A DNA stretch of 64,000 nucleotides from Chloroflexota bacterium (GCA_026706485.1 JAPOYR010000006.1:21194-85193); one strand, 5' to 3'; numbered from the stretch's first letter, positions 8,567 through 17,659 are shown. Numbers and translations: made by a program. The notes: generated by a model from the sequence alone, not told the origin.

Positions 8567-8949
8567 TCGTCGATCCCTCAGCCTTGCTGGCGGTGCTGTT
8601 TGGCGAGCCGGACGCGCAGCGCTTTGACGAGGCGATAGCACGGGCGCCGCGCTGCCGGATGTCGGCCGTCGGATTCCTGGAGGCGGCCATCGTCCTGGAG
8701 AGCCGTAGCGGCCCTGTGGCTGGGAACGAGCTCGATGCGTTCCTGCAAGCAGCGGAGATTGAGCTGGTCCCGGTCACCCCCGACCACGCGCGGGCCGCGC
8801 GCGTGGCCTGGCGGCGGTTCGGCAAGGGCAACCACCTGGCGGGACTGAACTTCGGCGACTGTTTCAGCTATGCGCTGGCGGAGGCTGCGCGCGAGCCGTT
8901 GCTGTTCAAGGGCGCGGACTTCGCGCTAACCGATGTCAAGGCGGCCTGA
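8563..8949 (+). CDS. vapC: PIN-domain toxin (VapC/FitB-like)
   Basis: 128 aa, MIVDPSALLAVLFGE PIN N-terminus, conserved acidic residues. Confidence 0.7.
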   Translation: MIVDPSALLAVLFGEPDAQRFDEAIARAPRCRMSAVGFLEAAIVLESRSGPVAGNELDAFLQAAEIELVPVTPDHARAARVAWRRFGKGNHLAGLNFGDCFSYALAEAAREPLLFKGADFALTDVKAA

Positions 8950-9076
8950 TTCCTTACGTCCTCGAATGAGCTGCCGGTGGTTGCCTCCGACACTGCGAGG
9001 TTGACCTCGGGTCCAATCGCACCCCTCGTCACCGCGCCCCCGATCTCCAACATCCCTCACCATCCGCCCGGTCGTG

Positions 9077-9105
9077 TTGTGTGAAATTGTCATATGCCGT
9101 ATAAC
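9077..9105 (+). promoter_or_regulatory. Putative sigma-70-like promoter of the marR gene
   Basis: TTGTGT - 17 nt - TATAAC in an AT-richer patch about 95 nt upstream of the MarR start. AAGGAGAG RBS precedes the ATG. Coordinates approximate. Confidence 0.35.
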
Positions 9106-9198
9106 GAAACAGGCACGGCGACCTAGCCGTTTGCACACCCCCCGCGCGCGACCACGCGATAGCTACGCGCCGGCACGACCAAGGAGAGACCTGCGGGT

Positions 9199-9657
9199 AT
9201 GAGCACGCGAAGCCAAAGCAACGGAAAAACGGACCTCGTCATCCACCGGGTTCTGATTGGGTCCCATCAGGTTTCCGAGTACCTCAACTCGGCCTGCGAG
9301 CGGGCGGGCGTGTCGCTGCCGCTGGCGCGTGCATTGCAGTTCCTGGCCGAGGCCGAAGGCCCGGTCACGCCCACGGAGCTCTCGCGCGAGCTCGGTCGCA
9401 GCCCGGCGGCCACCTCCGAGTTGGTGAAGCGGCTTGTCAACAGCGAGCAGATCACCGCGGACATCGACCCCAATGACCGTCGCTCGTTTCAGCTGGCGCT
9501 CACCAGCCGTGGCCACTCCAAGTGGCAGGGCGTGCGCGCGGAGCTCGAGGCCGCGGAGGCATACATTACTCGCCGCTATGGCAAGCGACAGTTGACGGAG
9601 CTTGCCGGCGCCATCGACGACTTGGCCGCCGCGCTCAACGGCGCCGCATCAGCCTAG
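9199..9657 (+). CDS. MarR-family transcriptional regulator
   Basis: 152 aa winged-helix protein; TPTELSRELGRSPAATSELVKRLV recognition helix region. Confidence 0.8.
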   Translation: MSTRSQSNGKTDLVIHRVLIGSHQVSEYLNSACERAGVSLPLARALQFLAEAEGPVTPTELSRELGRSPAATSELVKRLVNSEQITADIDPNDRRSFQLALTSRGHSKWQGVRAELEAAEAYITRRYGKRQLTELAGAIDDLAAALNGAASA

Positions 9658-11147
9658 GGGCGCAGATACCCGCCGAGCTTGTCGGCGAACTCCTCCGCGG
9701 CGGCGGTGTAGCTCTCGAATGGATTGGGCAGCTCGCAGAGCTTTCCGCGCACCCCGATGCCGGTCCAGTCGATCAGGTAGGGGATGACGTCCCAGCCCCC
9801 GTAGGCGTCGAGTTCGTGCCAGTCCTCGATGTACTGGTAGACAAGAAAGAGTTGGTCGTTCCAGTTCGTCAGCGCGCCGAGGTTGCGGTGGACGTCCTTC
9901 CAGTCGATAAGCGTGTCGGCCTGCGCGTCGACCAGCGCCCGCACGATGCGGCCGCGGGCGCGCGCCCGCGTGCCGGAGGGCACCGCGAGCGGATTCACGT
10001 CCCCCTGCGTGCGGCGGGGCGCCACGCCACGGCGCTGCAATTCGGCAAAGAGGCTCACCGTGGGATCGATGTGGTGATAGGACAGGTCCACCTTCACCAG
10101 ATCGGGATCGGCCCAGCCGTCGGGCGAGTCGTCGGCGAAGCGCCGCAGCTGCTCGAGCTTGGTCACCCAGTCGACCTTGCCCACCAGCATCGTCGGGTCG
10201 GTTTCTAGGCCGTCCAGACACTCGGCCCAGGCGTCCAGGGTCCAGTCGGTGTCGCTGTCGCGCCCGCGGAAGGCGCGCTCGGCGGCGTCCTGATAGATGC
10301 GCTGGATGTCGAGTGCCGACACGCTATGGCCGTCCGCCAACTCAACCGACCACGGGCCGGCCGGATTGCTTGAGATCTCCTTGAGCGTCTGCACCGGCGC
10401 GTGCAGCGCCAGATCCGGACTCCAGCCGCTTTCGAGGAGTTGCGCCACGAGCGCCGTTGAGCCGATCTTCAGCGCGGTGGCGAACTCGCTGCGGTTGGCG
10501 TCGCCCACGATCACGTGCAGCCGCCGCAGCCCCGCGTCGTCGGCCAGCGGCTCGTCGCGCAGATTGACGATGGGCCGACCGCCAAAGCGGACGCGCTGGC
10601 TCATATCGATGGTCACGAACGCCGCCCGCTGCGAGATGTGAAATGGCAAGCCGCCGTCGTCCCGATCGCTGATCGTCATGCCGGCGCCGGCGTAGAGCTG
10701 GCGCGTGGTCAGGAAGGGCATCAGCCCCGTCGCCATGTCGAGACTGAGCGGGCTGCGCCGCACGGCGTAGTTCTCGTGGTAGCCGAAGGTGTTGCCCAGG
10801 TAGTCCGTGTTGTTCTTGATGAAGAACAGGCGGCGATTCAGCTCCTGGCTCTCCACCGCGTCGAGCAGGATGGCGTCCGCCGCGTTCTCCTGCTCCACGA
10901 TGTCGTCCAGCGTGCGGCACTCGGCGGTGGCGTATTCGATGTGGCCGGAGTCCAGGTAGAGCCGCGCGCCATTGAACAGGAAGCCGCCGTTCCCCGGGGC
11001 TTCGTCCCACTCCCGTGGCGCCGGGTCGATGATGCCGAAGCGGCGCTCGGCGAAGATCACGTTCTTGACCATCGTCGCGGCCCGCGACGGCGGAAACTCG
11101 CCGGCGCTGGCGTACTCGATCTCCGTGCCGAACAGCGCGTCCTTCAT
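9654..11147 (-). CDS. pafA: Pup--protein ligase PafA (Pup-ligase/deamidase family, no Dop loop)
   Basis: N-terminal FGTEIEYA, NGARLY, KNNTDYLGNTFGYHENY, NLRDEPLAD, RRLHVIVGDAN motifs of the PafA/Dop carboxylate-amine ligase family. Short spacing between N-terminal motif and NGARLY (no Dop-type insertion). Immediately downstream of pup. Confidence 0.7.
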   Translation of the reverse strand: MKDALFGTEIEYASAGEFPPSRAATMVKNVIFAERRFGIIDPAPREWDEAPGNGGFLFNGARLYLDSGHIEYATAECRTLDDIVEQENAADAILLDAVESQELNRRLFFIKNNTDYLGNTFGYHENYAVRRSPLSLDMATGLMPFLTTRQLYAGAGMTISDRDDGGLPFHISQRAAFVTIDMSQRVRFGGRPIVNLRDEPLADDAGLRRLHVIVGDANRSEFATALKIGSTALVAQLLESGWSPDLALHAPVQTLKEISSNPAGPWSVELADGHSVSALDIQRIYQDAAERAFRGRDSDTDWTLDAWAECLDGLETDPTMLVGKVDWVTKLEQLRRFADDSPDGWADPDLVKVDLSYHHIDPTVSLFAELQRRGVAPRRTQGDVNPLAVPSGTRARARGRIVRALVDAQADTLIDWKDVHRNLGALTNWNDQLFLVYQYIEDWHELDAYGGWDVIPYLIDWTGIGVRGKLCELPNPFESYTAAAEEFADKLGGYLRP

Positions 11148-11159
11148 CAGCCGCGGGGG

Positions 11160-11333
11160 CTACTCCCCGCCGGGCTGCGGCGTCGGATCCGGGATCTCAC
11201 GAATGATGCGACGGACGTGCTCGCCCAGGTCGTCGTCCTCTGCCGGCGCGGTCTCTTCGTCCGGGGCCGTCTTGGCGGGATCGGGCGGCGCTTCGATCTC
11301 GCCCAGCGGGACGGCTCGCCACGTGATGCTCAT
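11160..11333 (-). CDS. pup: Pup-like prokaryotic ubiquitin-like protein (57 aa, C-terminal GGE)
   Basis: Translated by hand from the minus strand: MSITWRAVPLGEIEAPPDPAKTAPDEETAPAEDDDLGEHVRRIIREIPDPTPQPGGE*. Acidic, low-complexity, ends Gly-Gly-Glu. Sits between the dop and pafA homologs in the conserved order. Starts 3 nt after the dop stop, in the same frame. Too short for the 60-aa ORF track. Confidence 0.5.
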   Translation of the reverse strand: MSITWRAVPLGEIEAPPDPAKTAPDEETAPAEDDDLGEHVRRIIREIPDPTPQPGGE

Positions 11334-11336
11334 TCC

Positions 11337-12821
11337 TCATCCTCCTTCGGCGTCAAGCGCGGCCACTACATCATCGATGGTTGCGGCTTCTTCAACCAGG
11401 GCGCTAAGCCGGTCGATGCCGGGTCCGGCGACCTCGTCCAGCCGCACCGTGACGCCAACGCCATTGTGGTGCAAGTGCACCCGATCCCACTCCATAGCCG
11501 TGATTGCCTGGCCGAACCTCGCCAGCAACCTGCCCCGTACGGCGGCCCGGGTGCCTGACGGCGGTGTGGTGCGGGCTGCCTCAACCTGCGCCGGCGTCAC
11601 CAGCGTGCGCATGCGTCCCCGATCCGCCAGCCACTGATGCACGCTGAGCGCCGGGTCGAGCAGGTGATACCCAAAGTCGATGCGCCGCGCGGCATCGGGG
11701 CCTGGGCTTAGCTCCCGCAGGAGGGCCAGCTTGGCTGCCCAGTCGACTCGGTCGGCGGCGGCGCTCGGGTCGCTTCGCAGGTCGTCCAGCACCTGTCGCC
11801 ACTCATCCAGCACCCAATCCGTTTCGGCGTCGCGTCCCCGCAAGCGCTCGCAGGCGTCGAGCCACCACCATTGAATGTTCAGGGGTGATGCCAGCCGACC
11901 GTCGTCGAGCTGGATACCCGCGCCCAGCGAGAGATCGTGCGAGACCTCCCGAACAGCCTTAACGGGATCGCGCAGCCGGATAGGCGCCCGCCATCCGGTC
12001 TCGACCGCATCGAGCACCAGCGCGGTCGTCGCCGCCTTCATTCCTGTGGCCCACTCACTGCGATTGGCGTCGCCCGCGATCACGTGAAGCCGTCGGTAGC
12101 GGCTACGGTCAGCATGCGGCTCGTCGCGCGTGTTGAAAATGGGCCGGCGTGCCGTTGTATTGATGCCCACCACCGTTTCGAAAAAGTCGGCGCGTTGGGA
12201 CAGCTGCAGTGCACCCGCGTCGCCGTCTTCGATGCCCACGCGCCCCGCGCCGGCAAAGACCTGGCGCGTGGCCAGGAAGGGCACCAGGGCGTCGATGAGG
12301 TCGTCGAGCGGCACCGCGCGCAGCGTCAGGTAGTTCTCGTGGCAGCCATAGCTGCGCCCGTGATAGTCCGTGTTGTTCTTGACCAGCCGCACCCGGCCGC
12401 CGTCCAGCCGCGCGTTGTGGGCCTGCTCCGCCGCGTGCATCAGCGCCTCGCCCGCGCGGTCCTGCGCCACTAGGTCTGTCACGGTGCGGCAGGCGTCGGT
12501 GCAGTACTCGGGGTGGTTGTGATCGTTGTAGAGCCGCGCGCCGTTCAGCAGCACGGTGTCGGCCAGCAGCTCTTCGCGGGACATGCGCGAGCTCTGGGCC
12601 GTGGAGCCGAGGAGGTCGTTCGGATCGCGCGCCAGGGCGTCCACGCGGGTGCCGCGCAGGTCGCGCCGCGGGTCCTCGTCGGTGTAGTCCCAGCCGCGAA
12701 ACGCCACCGGCAGTGGCGCCGCATGAATCAGCATCGCCGACTCGAACGCAAAGTCGGGCGGTCCGGCAAATCCCTCGCAGTTGAGGCCGTATTCCGTCTC
12801 GATGCCGACCGGCCGGTTCAT
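11337..12821 (-). CDS. dop: Pup deamidase/depupylase Dop (Pup-ligase family with Dop-loop insertion)
   Basis: Start at MNRPVGIETEYG (aa 71 of ORF). About 75-residue insertion between the GIETEYG and NGARLY motifs, Dop-like. KNNTDYHGRSYGCHENY and RRLHVIAGDAN motifs. C-terminus collinear with mycobacterial Dop. Confidence 0.7.
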   Translation of the reverse strand: MNRPVGIETEYGLNCEGFAGPPDFAFESAMLIHAAPLPVAFRGWDYTDEDPRRDLRGTRVDALARDPNDLLGSTAQSSRMSREELLADTVLLNGARLYNDHNHPEYCTDACRTVTDLVAQDRAGEALMHAAEQAHNARLDGGRVRLVKNNTDYHGRSYGCHENYLTLRAVPLDDLIDALVPFLATRQVFAGAGRVGIEDGDAGALQLSQRADFFETVVGINTTARRPIFNTRDEPHADRSRYRRLHVIAGDANRSEWATGMKAATTALVLDAVETGWRAPIRLRDPVKAVREVSHDLSLGAGIQLDDGRLASPLNIQWWWLDACERLRGRDAETDWVLDEWRQVLDDLRSDPSAAADRVDWAAKLALLRELSPGPDAARRIDFGYHLLDPALSVHQWLADRGRMRTLVTPAQVEAARTTPPSGTRAAVRGRLLARFGQAITAMEWDRVHLHHNGVGVTVRLDEVAGPGIDRLSALVEEAATIDDVVAALDAEGG

Positions 12822-12840
12822 TCGGCAGCTCCGCTGTGCG

Positions 12841-13797
12841 CTATTCCCCGACGGGGATTCCGACGTCCGCGGCTTCGGCGCGTTCGAGCACGACCTGGCC
12901 GAGCGCGATGTCCCACAAGGCGATGCCCTGCGACTCGAACAGCGTGATCTCGTCGGGGCTCGTGCGACCGGGCGCGCGCCCGGCCACCACCTGGCCGAAC
13001 TCGACTGCCTCGCCCCACTGGAAGGCCCCATCCTCGACGGCGCAGATCAGGTCGCCGCACTCAATCTTCGCGCCTTCCAGATCGTCGACGAAGATGCGGT
13101 CGGCGCGGGCAACCGCGGCGCTGTCCAGTTCGCGATGCTGTGGATGGTTGGTGCCCATGGCGATGACGTGGGCGCCGCGTTCAAGCCAGTCGGCCTCGAC
13201 GACGGGGTCGGTGGCGTTGGTGGCCGTGATGACGACCTGCGCGCCGCGCACTGCCGCCTCTGCCGTGGCGGCGGGCTCCAAGTCGACATCGAGCGTGGGC
13301 GACACCTCGGCGATGAGCCGCTCAACGTTGGCCGGATTTCGCGAGTAGACCCGCACCCGCGCCGACGGTCGCACCGCGCACACGGCCTCGAGCTGCGTTC
13401 GCGCCTGCCGGCCCGAGCCGATGATGCCAATGGCTTCAACCTCGGGCGGCGCCAGATACTTCACCGAGACACCGCTCGCGGCGCCGGTGCGAAGACCGCT
13501 GAGACGTCCGGCTTCGATGACCGCGCTCAATGCCCCGCTGGCCGCATCGAACAGCACAACCACGAAGCTGATGCGCCCGCCGGGAACGGTCGGATAAAGC
13601 TTGGCGCCCATGGCGCCGAGCTCGGGATCGGCCGCGCCCATGAGTTGCAGCGCGCCCTGCGCCGTGCGCGCTCGTCGGCGACCGACGTTCGCCGACGTGC
13701 CGCGACCCTGCCGCTCGAACGACGCCTCGACGGTGCGCAGCGCCAGGTCCATATCGGCCAGGCGATCGACGTCCGCTTCGGTCAGGTACCTCGCCAT
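12841..13797 (-). CDS. Ornithine cyclodeaminase / mu-crystallin family protein
   Basis: 318 aa, Rossmann GIIGSGRQA and overall OCD/mu-crystallin architecture. Confidence 0.75.
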   Translation of the reverse strand: MARYLTEADVDRLADMDLALRTVEASFERQGRGTSANVGRRRARTAQGALQLMGAADPELGAMGAKLYPTVPGGRISFVVVLFDAASGALSAVIEAGRLSGLRTGAASGVSVKYLAPPEVEAIGIIGSGRQARTQLEAVCAVRPSARVRVYSRNPANVERLIAEVSPTLDVDLEPAATAEAAVRGAQVVITATNATDPVVEADWLERGAHVIAMGTNHPQHRELDSAAVARADRIFVDDLEGAKIECGDLICAVEDGAFQWGEAVEFGQVVAGRAPGRTSPDEITLFESQGIALWDIALGQVVLERAEAADVGIPVGE

Positions 13798-13864
13798 GTC
13801 GTTCCGTCCGTCTCACAAGGGGTTTGCCACCCGCGGAGCCGCAGCCGACCATGCCGCGAACGCC

Positions 13865-14761
13865 ATGGGCTTTCTCGTTGCACACATTCTATTCGTGGTG
13901 GGCTTTGCGCTCGCCCTGCGCCGGGCGCAGACCCGCGGCTACGACTTCTTCCTCATGACCGGGACGAACTACGCCACCGGTCTGGTCATCGGCGTCGCGT
14001 GGCTGGCCGTCGCCGGAACCGCGACGGTGGACGCCCCGACCGTGCTGCTGGGAATCGTGCAGGGCGCGCGCTTCTCGCTGGCCGTCGTGGCCATCTATTT
14101 GCTGCTGGTGCGCACAGGCGTCGGCATCACCTTCGTGCTGCTGCGCATGTCCGTCATCGTGCCCACCGTGGCCTCGATCGTGTGGTTCGGCGAACGGCCC
14201 GACCCACCGACGGTGGTCGGCATTGCGCTGCTGCTCGCCGCGCTGCCGTTGCTCACGCGCAGCGGCCGCAGCGAGGACGCCCGGCTGCGCGTGTGGTGGT
14301 ATTGGCCGGTGGTCATCGGCACGCTCAGCGTGACCGGCGCCGGCCTCATCGCCGCCAAAGCGTTCGTCGAGGTCGCCCCCATCGAAAACTTGCCGCTTTA
14401 CGCCACCTCGACATTCGCGGCGGCCACCGCCATCGCGCTGGCGACCTACCTCATGCGGCGGCGCATCCAGCCGGCGCCTCGCCCGGCCGACGCGCCAGGT
14501 TCACTTGGCTTCGGGCGCGGGTTCTTCCGCGAACCGCTGGGCCTCGGAGTCGTGACCGGCGGCGTCAACATGGGCCAGCTGGTGCTCATTCTGCTGGCGC
14601 TGCGGGACGTGCCGGGCACGATCGTCTTTCCGGCCCAGAGCGCCGGATCCGCGCTGCTCACCATCGCCGCGGGCTACCTGCTCTGGCACGAGCGCCACAG
14701 CCGCGGGACGCTGGCGGGAGCCGGCTTGGCCGCGGTTGGGCTGGTGCTCGTCAGCATCTGA
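13865..14761 (+). CDS. Polytopic membrane protein (DMT/EamA-like permease, tentative)
   Basis: About 10 predicted TM helices. Start placed at MGFLVAHIL to avoid overlap with the divergent OCD gene. Confidence 0.4.
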   Translation: MGFLVAHILFVVGFALALRRAQTRGYDFFLMTGTNYATGLVIGVAWLAVAGTATVDAPTVLLGIVQGARFSLAVVAIYLLLVRTGVGITFVLLRMSVIVPTVASIVWFGERPDPPTVVGIALLLAALPLLTRSGRSEDARLRVWWYWPVVIGTLSVTGAGLIAAKAFVEVAPIENLPLYATSTFAAATAIALATYLMRRRIQPAPRPADAPGSLGFGRGFFREPLGLGVVTGGVNMGQLVLILLALRDVPGTIVFPAQSAGSALLTIAAGYLLWHERHSRGTLAGAGLAAVGLVLVSI

Positions 14762-14814
14762 AAGCGGCGGTTGCGGGCGAGCAAACTCGTGCCCACGCGC
14801 ATGTGGCTGCGCTC

Positions 14815-14905
14815 GCCTCGTTCGTGGTGAGCCTGTCGAACCACGACCCTTCGACAAGCTCAGAGCCCGCCCTGAGCTAGCCGAAGGGGCGAACGGACTG
14901 GCGGT
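14815..14905. repeat. Intergenic repeat family E copy 1
   Basis: cgttcgtggtgagcctgtcgaaccacgacccttcgacaagctcag...ggcgaacgg. Second copy at 33818-33875. Source of the spurious VVSLSNH...FDKLRA peptide ORFs. Confidence 0.6.
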
Positions 14906-14970
14906 CGGCTCTGGCCGCGGCCCATGTCGGGCGGCTAGCCTACGTCCGTCGGCATCCCCGGAAGCAGCGC

Positions 14971-16113
14971 ATGAAGATCTCCAAGCTGCAATGCGATTTC
15001 ATCTGGACGGGTTCCCGCAACTGGCTCATCGTGCGCGTGCACACCGACGCGGGCATCACCGGCATCGGCGAGGCGTTTCCGATCGGACCCGACCGCGCCA
15101 TTGCCGAGACAGTCGATTACTTCCAATCGTGGATCGGAGGCTGGGATCCGTTCGACATCGAGCGCGTCTGGCACGAGCTCTACGCCGGCAGCCGCTTTCC
15201 CACCGGCTCGATCATCACGTCGGCCATCAGCGGCATCGACCAGGCGCTGTGGGACATCAAGGGCCGGGCGCTCGGCGTGCCGGTCTACGAGCTGCTCGGG
15301 GGCAAGGTGCGCGACCGCATCCGCGTCTACCAGTCGCCCGAGGGCGAGACGCCCGCCGCGCTTGCGGACGACGCTCGCCGCCTGGTCGAGCGCTATGGCT
15401 TCACCGCGCTCAAGATCGGCCCCTTCGCCGCGGCCGCCGACGCCTGGCCGTGGAGCCGGCAGGTCGATAGCGCCGAGGAAAGACTGGCGGCCGTGCGCGA
15501 CGCGGTCGGTCCCGACATCGACATCGGCGTCGATCCCCACGCCAAGATCTTCGAGCCCGTGCGCGCGCTGGAGATGGCCGAGCGACTGAAGCCTTATCGT
15601 CCGATGTTCTTCGAGGAACCGGTGCGGCCCGAGAACTTCGAGGCCCTGGCCAAGCTCACCGCCAAGAGTCCCATCCCCATCGCCACCGGCGAGGCGGTGT
15701 TCACCAAGTTCCAGTTCCGCGACCTGCTGGCGACGGGCGCCGCCGACATCATCCAGCCCGACGTGGCCGCCACGGGCGGGCTGACGGAGATGAAGAAGAT
15801 CGCGGCCATGGCCGAGGCGCACTACGTCAGCGTCGCGCCGCACAACCCGCTGGGACCGCTGGCGACGACGTCCAACGTGCACTTCGCCGCCACCGCGCCC
15901 AACTTCCTCATCCTCGAGTATCACGCCGACGACGTGGGCCTGCGGGCCGAAATCCTGCACGAGCCGCTGAAGCTGGAGGACGGCTACGTAGTGCTGCCCG
16001 ACGCGCCGGGACTGGGCGTCGAGTTGAACGAGGAGGTGTTCGAGAAATACCCCTACCGCCCCTGGCGCCGCGGCCGCCCCACCAAGGCGGACGGGATGTT
16101 GGCGTTCATCTAG
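14971..16113 (+). CDS. Enolase-superfamily sugar-acid dehydratase (mandelate racemase/muconate lactonizing enzyme family)
   Basis: 380 aa; D-galactonate/L-fuconate dehydratase-like. Metal-ligand region IDIGVDPH...FEEP...DIIQPD. Its TAG stop lies inside the transposon target-site duplication. Confidence 0.8.
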   Translation: MKISKLQCDFIWTGSRNWLIVRVHTDAGITGIGEAFPIGPDRAIAETVDYFQSWIGGWDPFDIERVWHELYAGSRFPTGSIITSAISGIDQALWDIKGRALGVPVYELLGGKVRDRIRVYQSPEGETPAALADDARRLVERYGFTALKIGPFAAAADAWPWSRQVDSAEERLAAVRDAVGPDIDIGVDPHAKIFEPVRALEMAERLKPYRPMFFEEPVRPENFEALAKLTAKSPIPIATGEAVFTKFQFRDLLATGAADIIQPDVAATGGLTEMKKIAAMAEAHYVSVAPHNPLGPLATTSNVHFAATAPNFLILEYHADDVGLRAEILHEPLKLEDGYVVLPDAPGLGVELNEEVFEKYPYRPWRRGRPTKADGMLAFI

Positions 16114-16203
16114 GGGATTATATACTTGACTTGATGCCAAGGCGCGGGAACGCTGGTCCGCCCCGCTGGCCGGAACCAACGGGGCGGTACCATTTTCGCT
16201 CGT

Positions 16204-16272
16204 GGGGCTGCCCCTGGTGGGGGCCGCGAAGGTTAGAGCTTGCCGGCGAGGGTTCGATCCCCTCCAGCTCCA
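16204..16272 (+). ncRNA. tRNA-like structure A (acceptor stem plus T-arm, non-canonical core)
   Basis: GGGGCTG...GAGGGTTCGATCCCCTC-CAGCTCC-A: 7-bp acceptor stem (one G-U) and canonical GGTTCGATCC T-arm. The 35-nt core cannot be folded into standard D and anticodon arms. No encoded CCA. Confidence 0.3.
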
Positions 16273-16603
16273 CACCACAGCCTAGCACGCTACCGCGCTA
16301 GCGCTGGCCTTTCGAGTCGTCGCCGTCCGACGCCTGCACCCGTAGGAGCGCCTTGGCTAGCTCCTCCGGCGTCGCGTCGTTCGGTGGGACCACGACCCGG
16401 AGTCGCTTGGCGGGCTTCGTCGGTTTCCGCGATCGTCGGGCCATGCCGAAGTATACCCCGCCACCTTTGGTACCCTTCGCGCCAGCATCAGGTCCGCGCC
16501 CGTGGCGTGGGATTCCCGGCAGCCCCAGACGGGGGCCGGGTGACCTGATGCTATGGGAATCCACCGGCAGCCGCTGGGGCTGCCCTACGTCAAGGAGTCG
16601 GGC

Positions 16604-16960
16604 ATGGATTTCACCGGGTACTTGGTCATATTCCTGGTCGTGATCGTCGTTGGCGGCGTCATTCGCTTGGCGCTCCAATCACGTCAGGAGGCGCAGGATC
16701 ATGGCGGGACGACGGACCTTGCGGAGCTCTACCGCGAGGGATGGCGCACCGAATCCGAGACCGGCACGCACGTGTTTCTCGTGAAGGGCCAGCGCGTAAA
16801 TCACATCCTGCACTTGCTGCTCTGCATCCCGACGTTCGGGCTCTGGCTGTTGGTCTGGCTGTTCGTGGCCGCGTCCGGTGGGGAACAGCGGCGGACCGTC
16901 CGCAAGGACAGCCCCGAGAGTCCGTCAAGTGACACGACCGACCGCGGCTCGCGCACCTGA
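16604..16960 (+). CDS. Small membrane protein (118 aa, 3 predicted TM), transposon cargo
   Basis: Start MDFTGYLVIFLVVIVVGGV preceded by AAGGAG RBS. TM1, charged loop, then hairpin HILHLLLCIPTFGLWLLVWLFVAAS. No family recognised. Confidence 0.5.
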   Translation: MDFTGYLVIFLVVIVVGGVIRLALQSRQEAQDHGGTTDLAELYREGWRTESETGTHVFLVKGQRVNHILHLLLCIPTFGLWLLVWLFVAASGGEQRRTVRKDSPESPSSDTTDRGSRT

Positions 16961-17103
16961 GGCCCAGCGGGTACCCTTCGCGCACCACTGGATGCGCGCT
17001 CGCGCGCGTCATATCCCGGCAGCCTCAGGCGTTGCTCGGGTGATCCAGTGGTATGGGATATGCGCCCCAGCACACGGCTGGGGCTGTCGTTTGGAGGGGT
17101 CGT

Positions 17104-17307
17104 GTGTTTACATCCATTGGGCCGCTAGAAATCCTCAGCCTGCTGCCTCTCGTGGTCATTGGGTTCCTGTTCGCCATCGCGACGTCCGCGTCAGCAACAC
17201 AGCGCGGGCACCACTGGCTGGGATGGTTCATCTGCGGCCTGTGCCTGGGGCCGCTGGCGCTGTGCTTCGCCCTGAGCCTGCAGGACTATCGGCGGGACGT
17301 AGACTGA
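17104..17307 (+). CDS. Small two-TM membrane protein (about 67 aa), transposon cargo
   Basis: GTG start after GGAGGGG RBS. VFTSIGPLEILSLLPLVVIGFLFAIA...WLGWFICGLCLGPLALCFAL. Confidence 0.35.
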   Translation: MFTSIGPLEILSLLPLVVIGFLFAIATSASATQRGHHWLGWFICGLCLGPLALCFALSLQDYRRDVD

Positions 17308-17311
17308 AGGC

Positions 17312-17659
17312 GTGCTGACGGATGACCAGCGCGTCTCGATGGGAGCACGCATGATCGCGAAAACGGGTCGCCTCGCGGACGTTGACGCGACGGTCCTAGA
17401 GGACGCCTTGGCCGAGATCGAAACGCTGACGGCGCACCTCTCACCCGACGTTCAGGATTCAGTGGCCAAGCAGTTCGTAAAAGCGTTTGGCGAGTGCCCC
17501 ACGCTCAGTCTGGAGCGTAAATCCGCACACTCGACACGTGAGGTCATTGCCCGAGTTCAACTCCCGGACCGTTGCCGGGAAATCCTCGCCGCAGTCCGGG
17601 CAGGTGAGGTTGAGCGTGTGGTTCTGATTGAGTTCCAGGCGCCAACGGGAGCGTCGTGA
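17312..17659 (+). CDS. Hypothetical soluble protein (115 aa), transposon cargo
   Basis: ORF with moderate GC3. Overlapped on the opposite strand by a 74-aa CxxC...CxxC zinc-ribbon ORF (17459-17683). Which strand is real is unresolved. Confidence 0.35.
   Translation: MLTDDQRVSMGARMIAKTGRLADVDATVLEDALAEIETLTAHLSPDVQDSVAKQFVKAFGECPTLSLERKSAHSTREVIARVQLPDRCREILAAVRAGEVERVVLIEFQAPTGAS

Noticed and set aside
12781-15470. 699-aa ORF 12781-14880 and 244-aa ORF 14736-15470 on the plus strand.
   Set aside because: They run antisense through the OCD gene and the membrane-protein gene, and their ends are generated by the family E repeat (VVSLSNH / FDKLRA peptides). Low-complexity Arg/Gly-rich translation.
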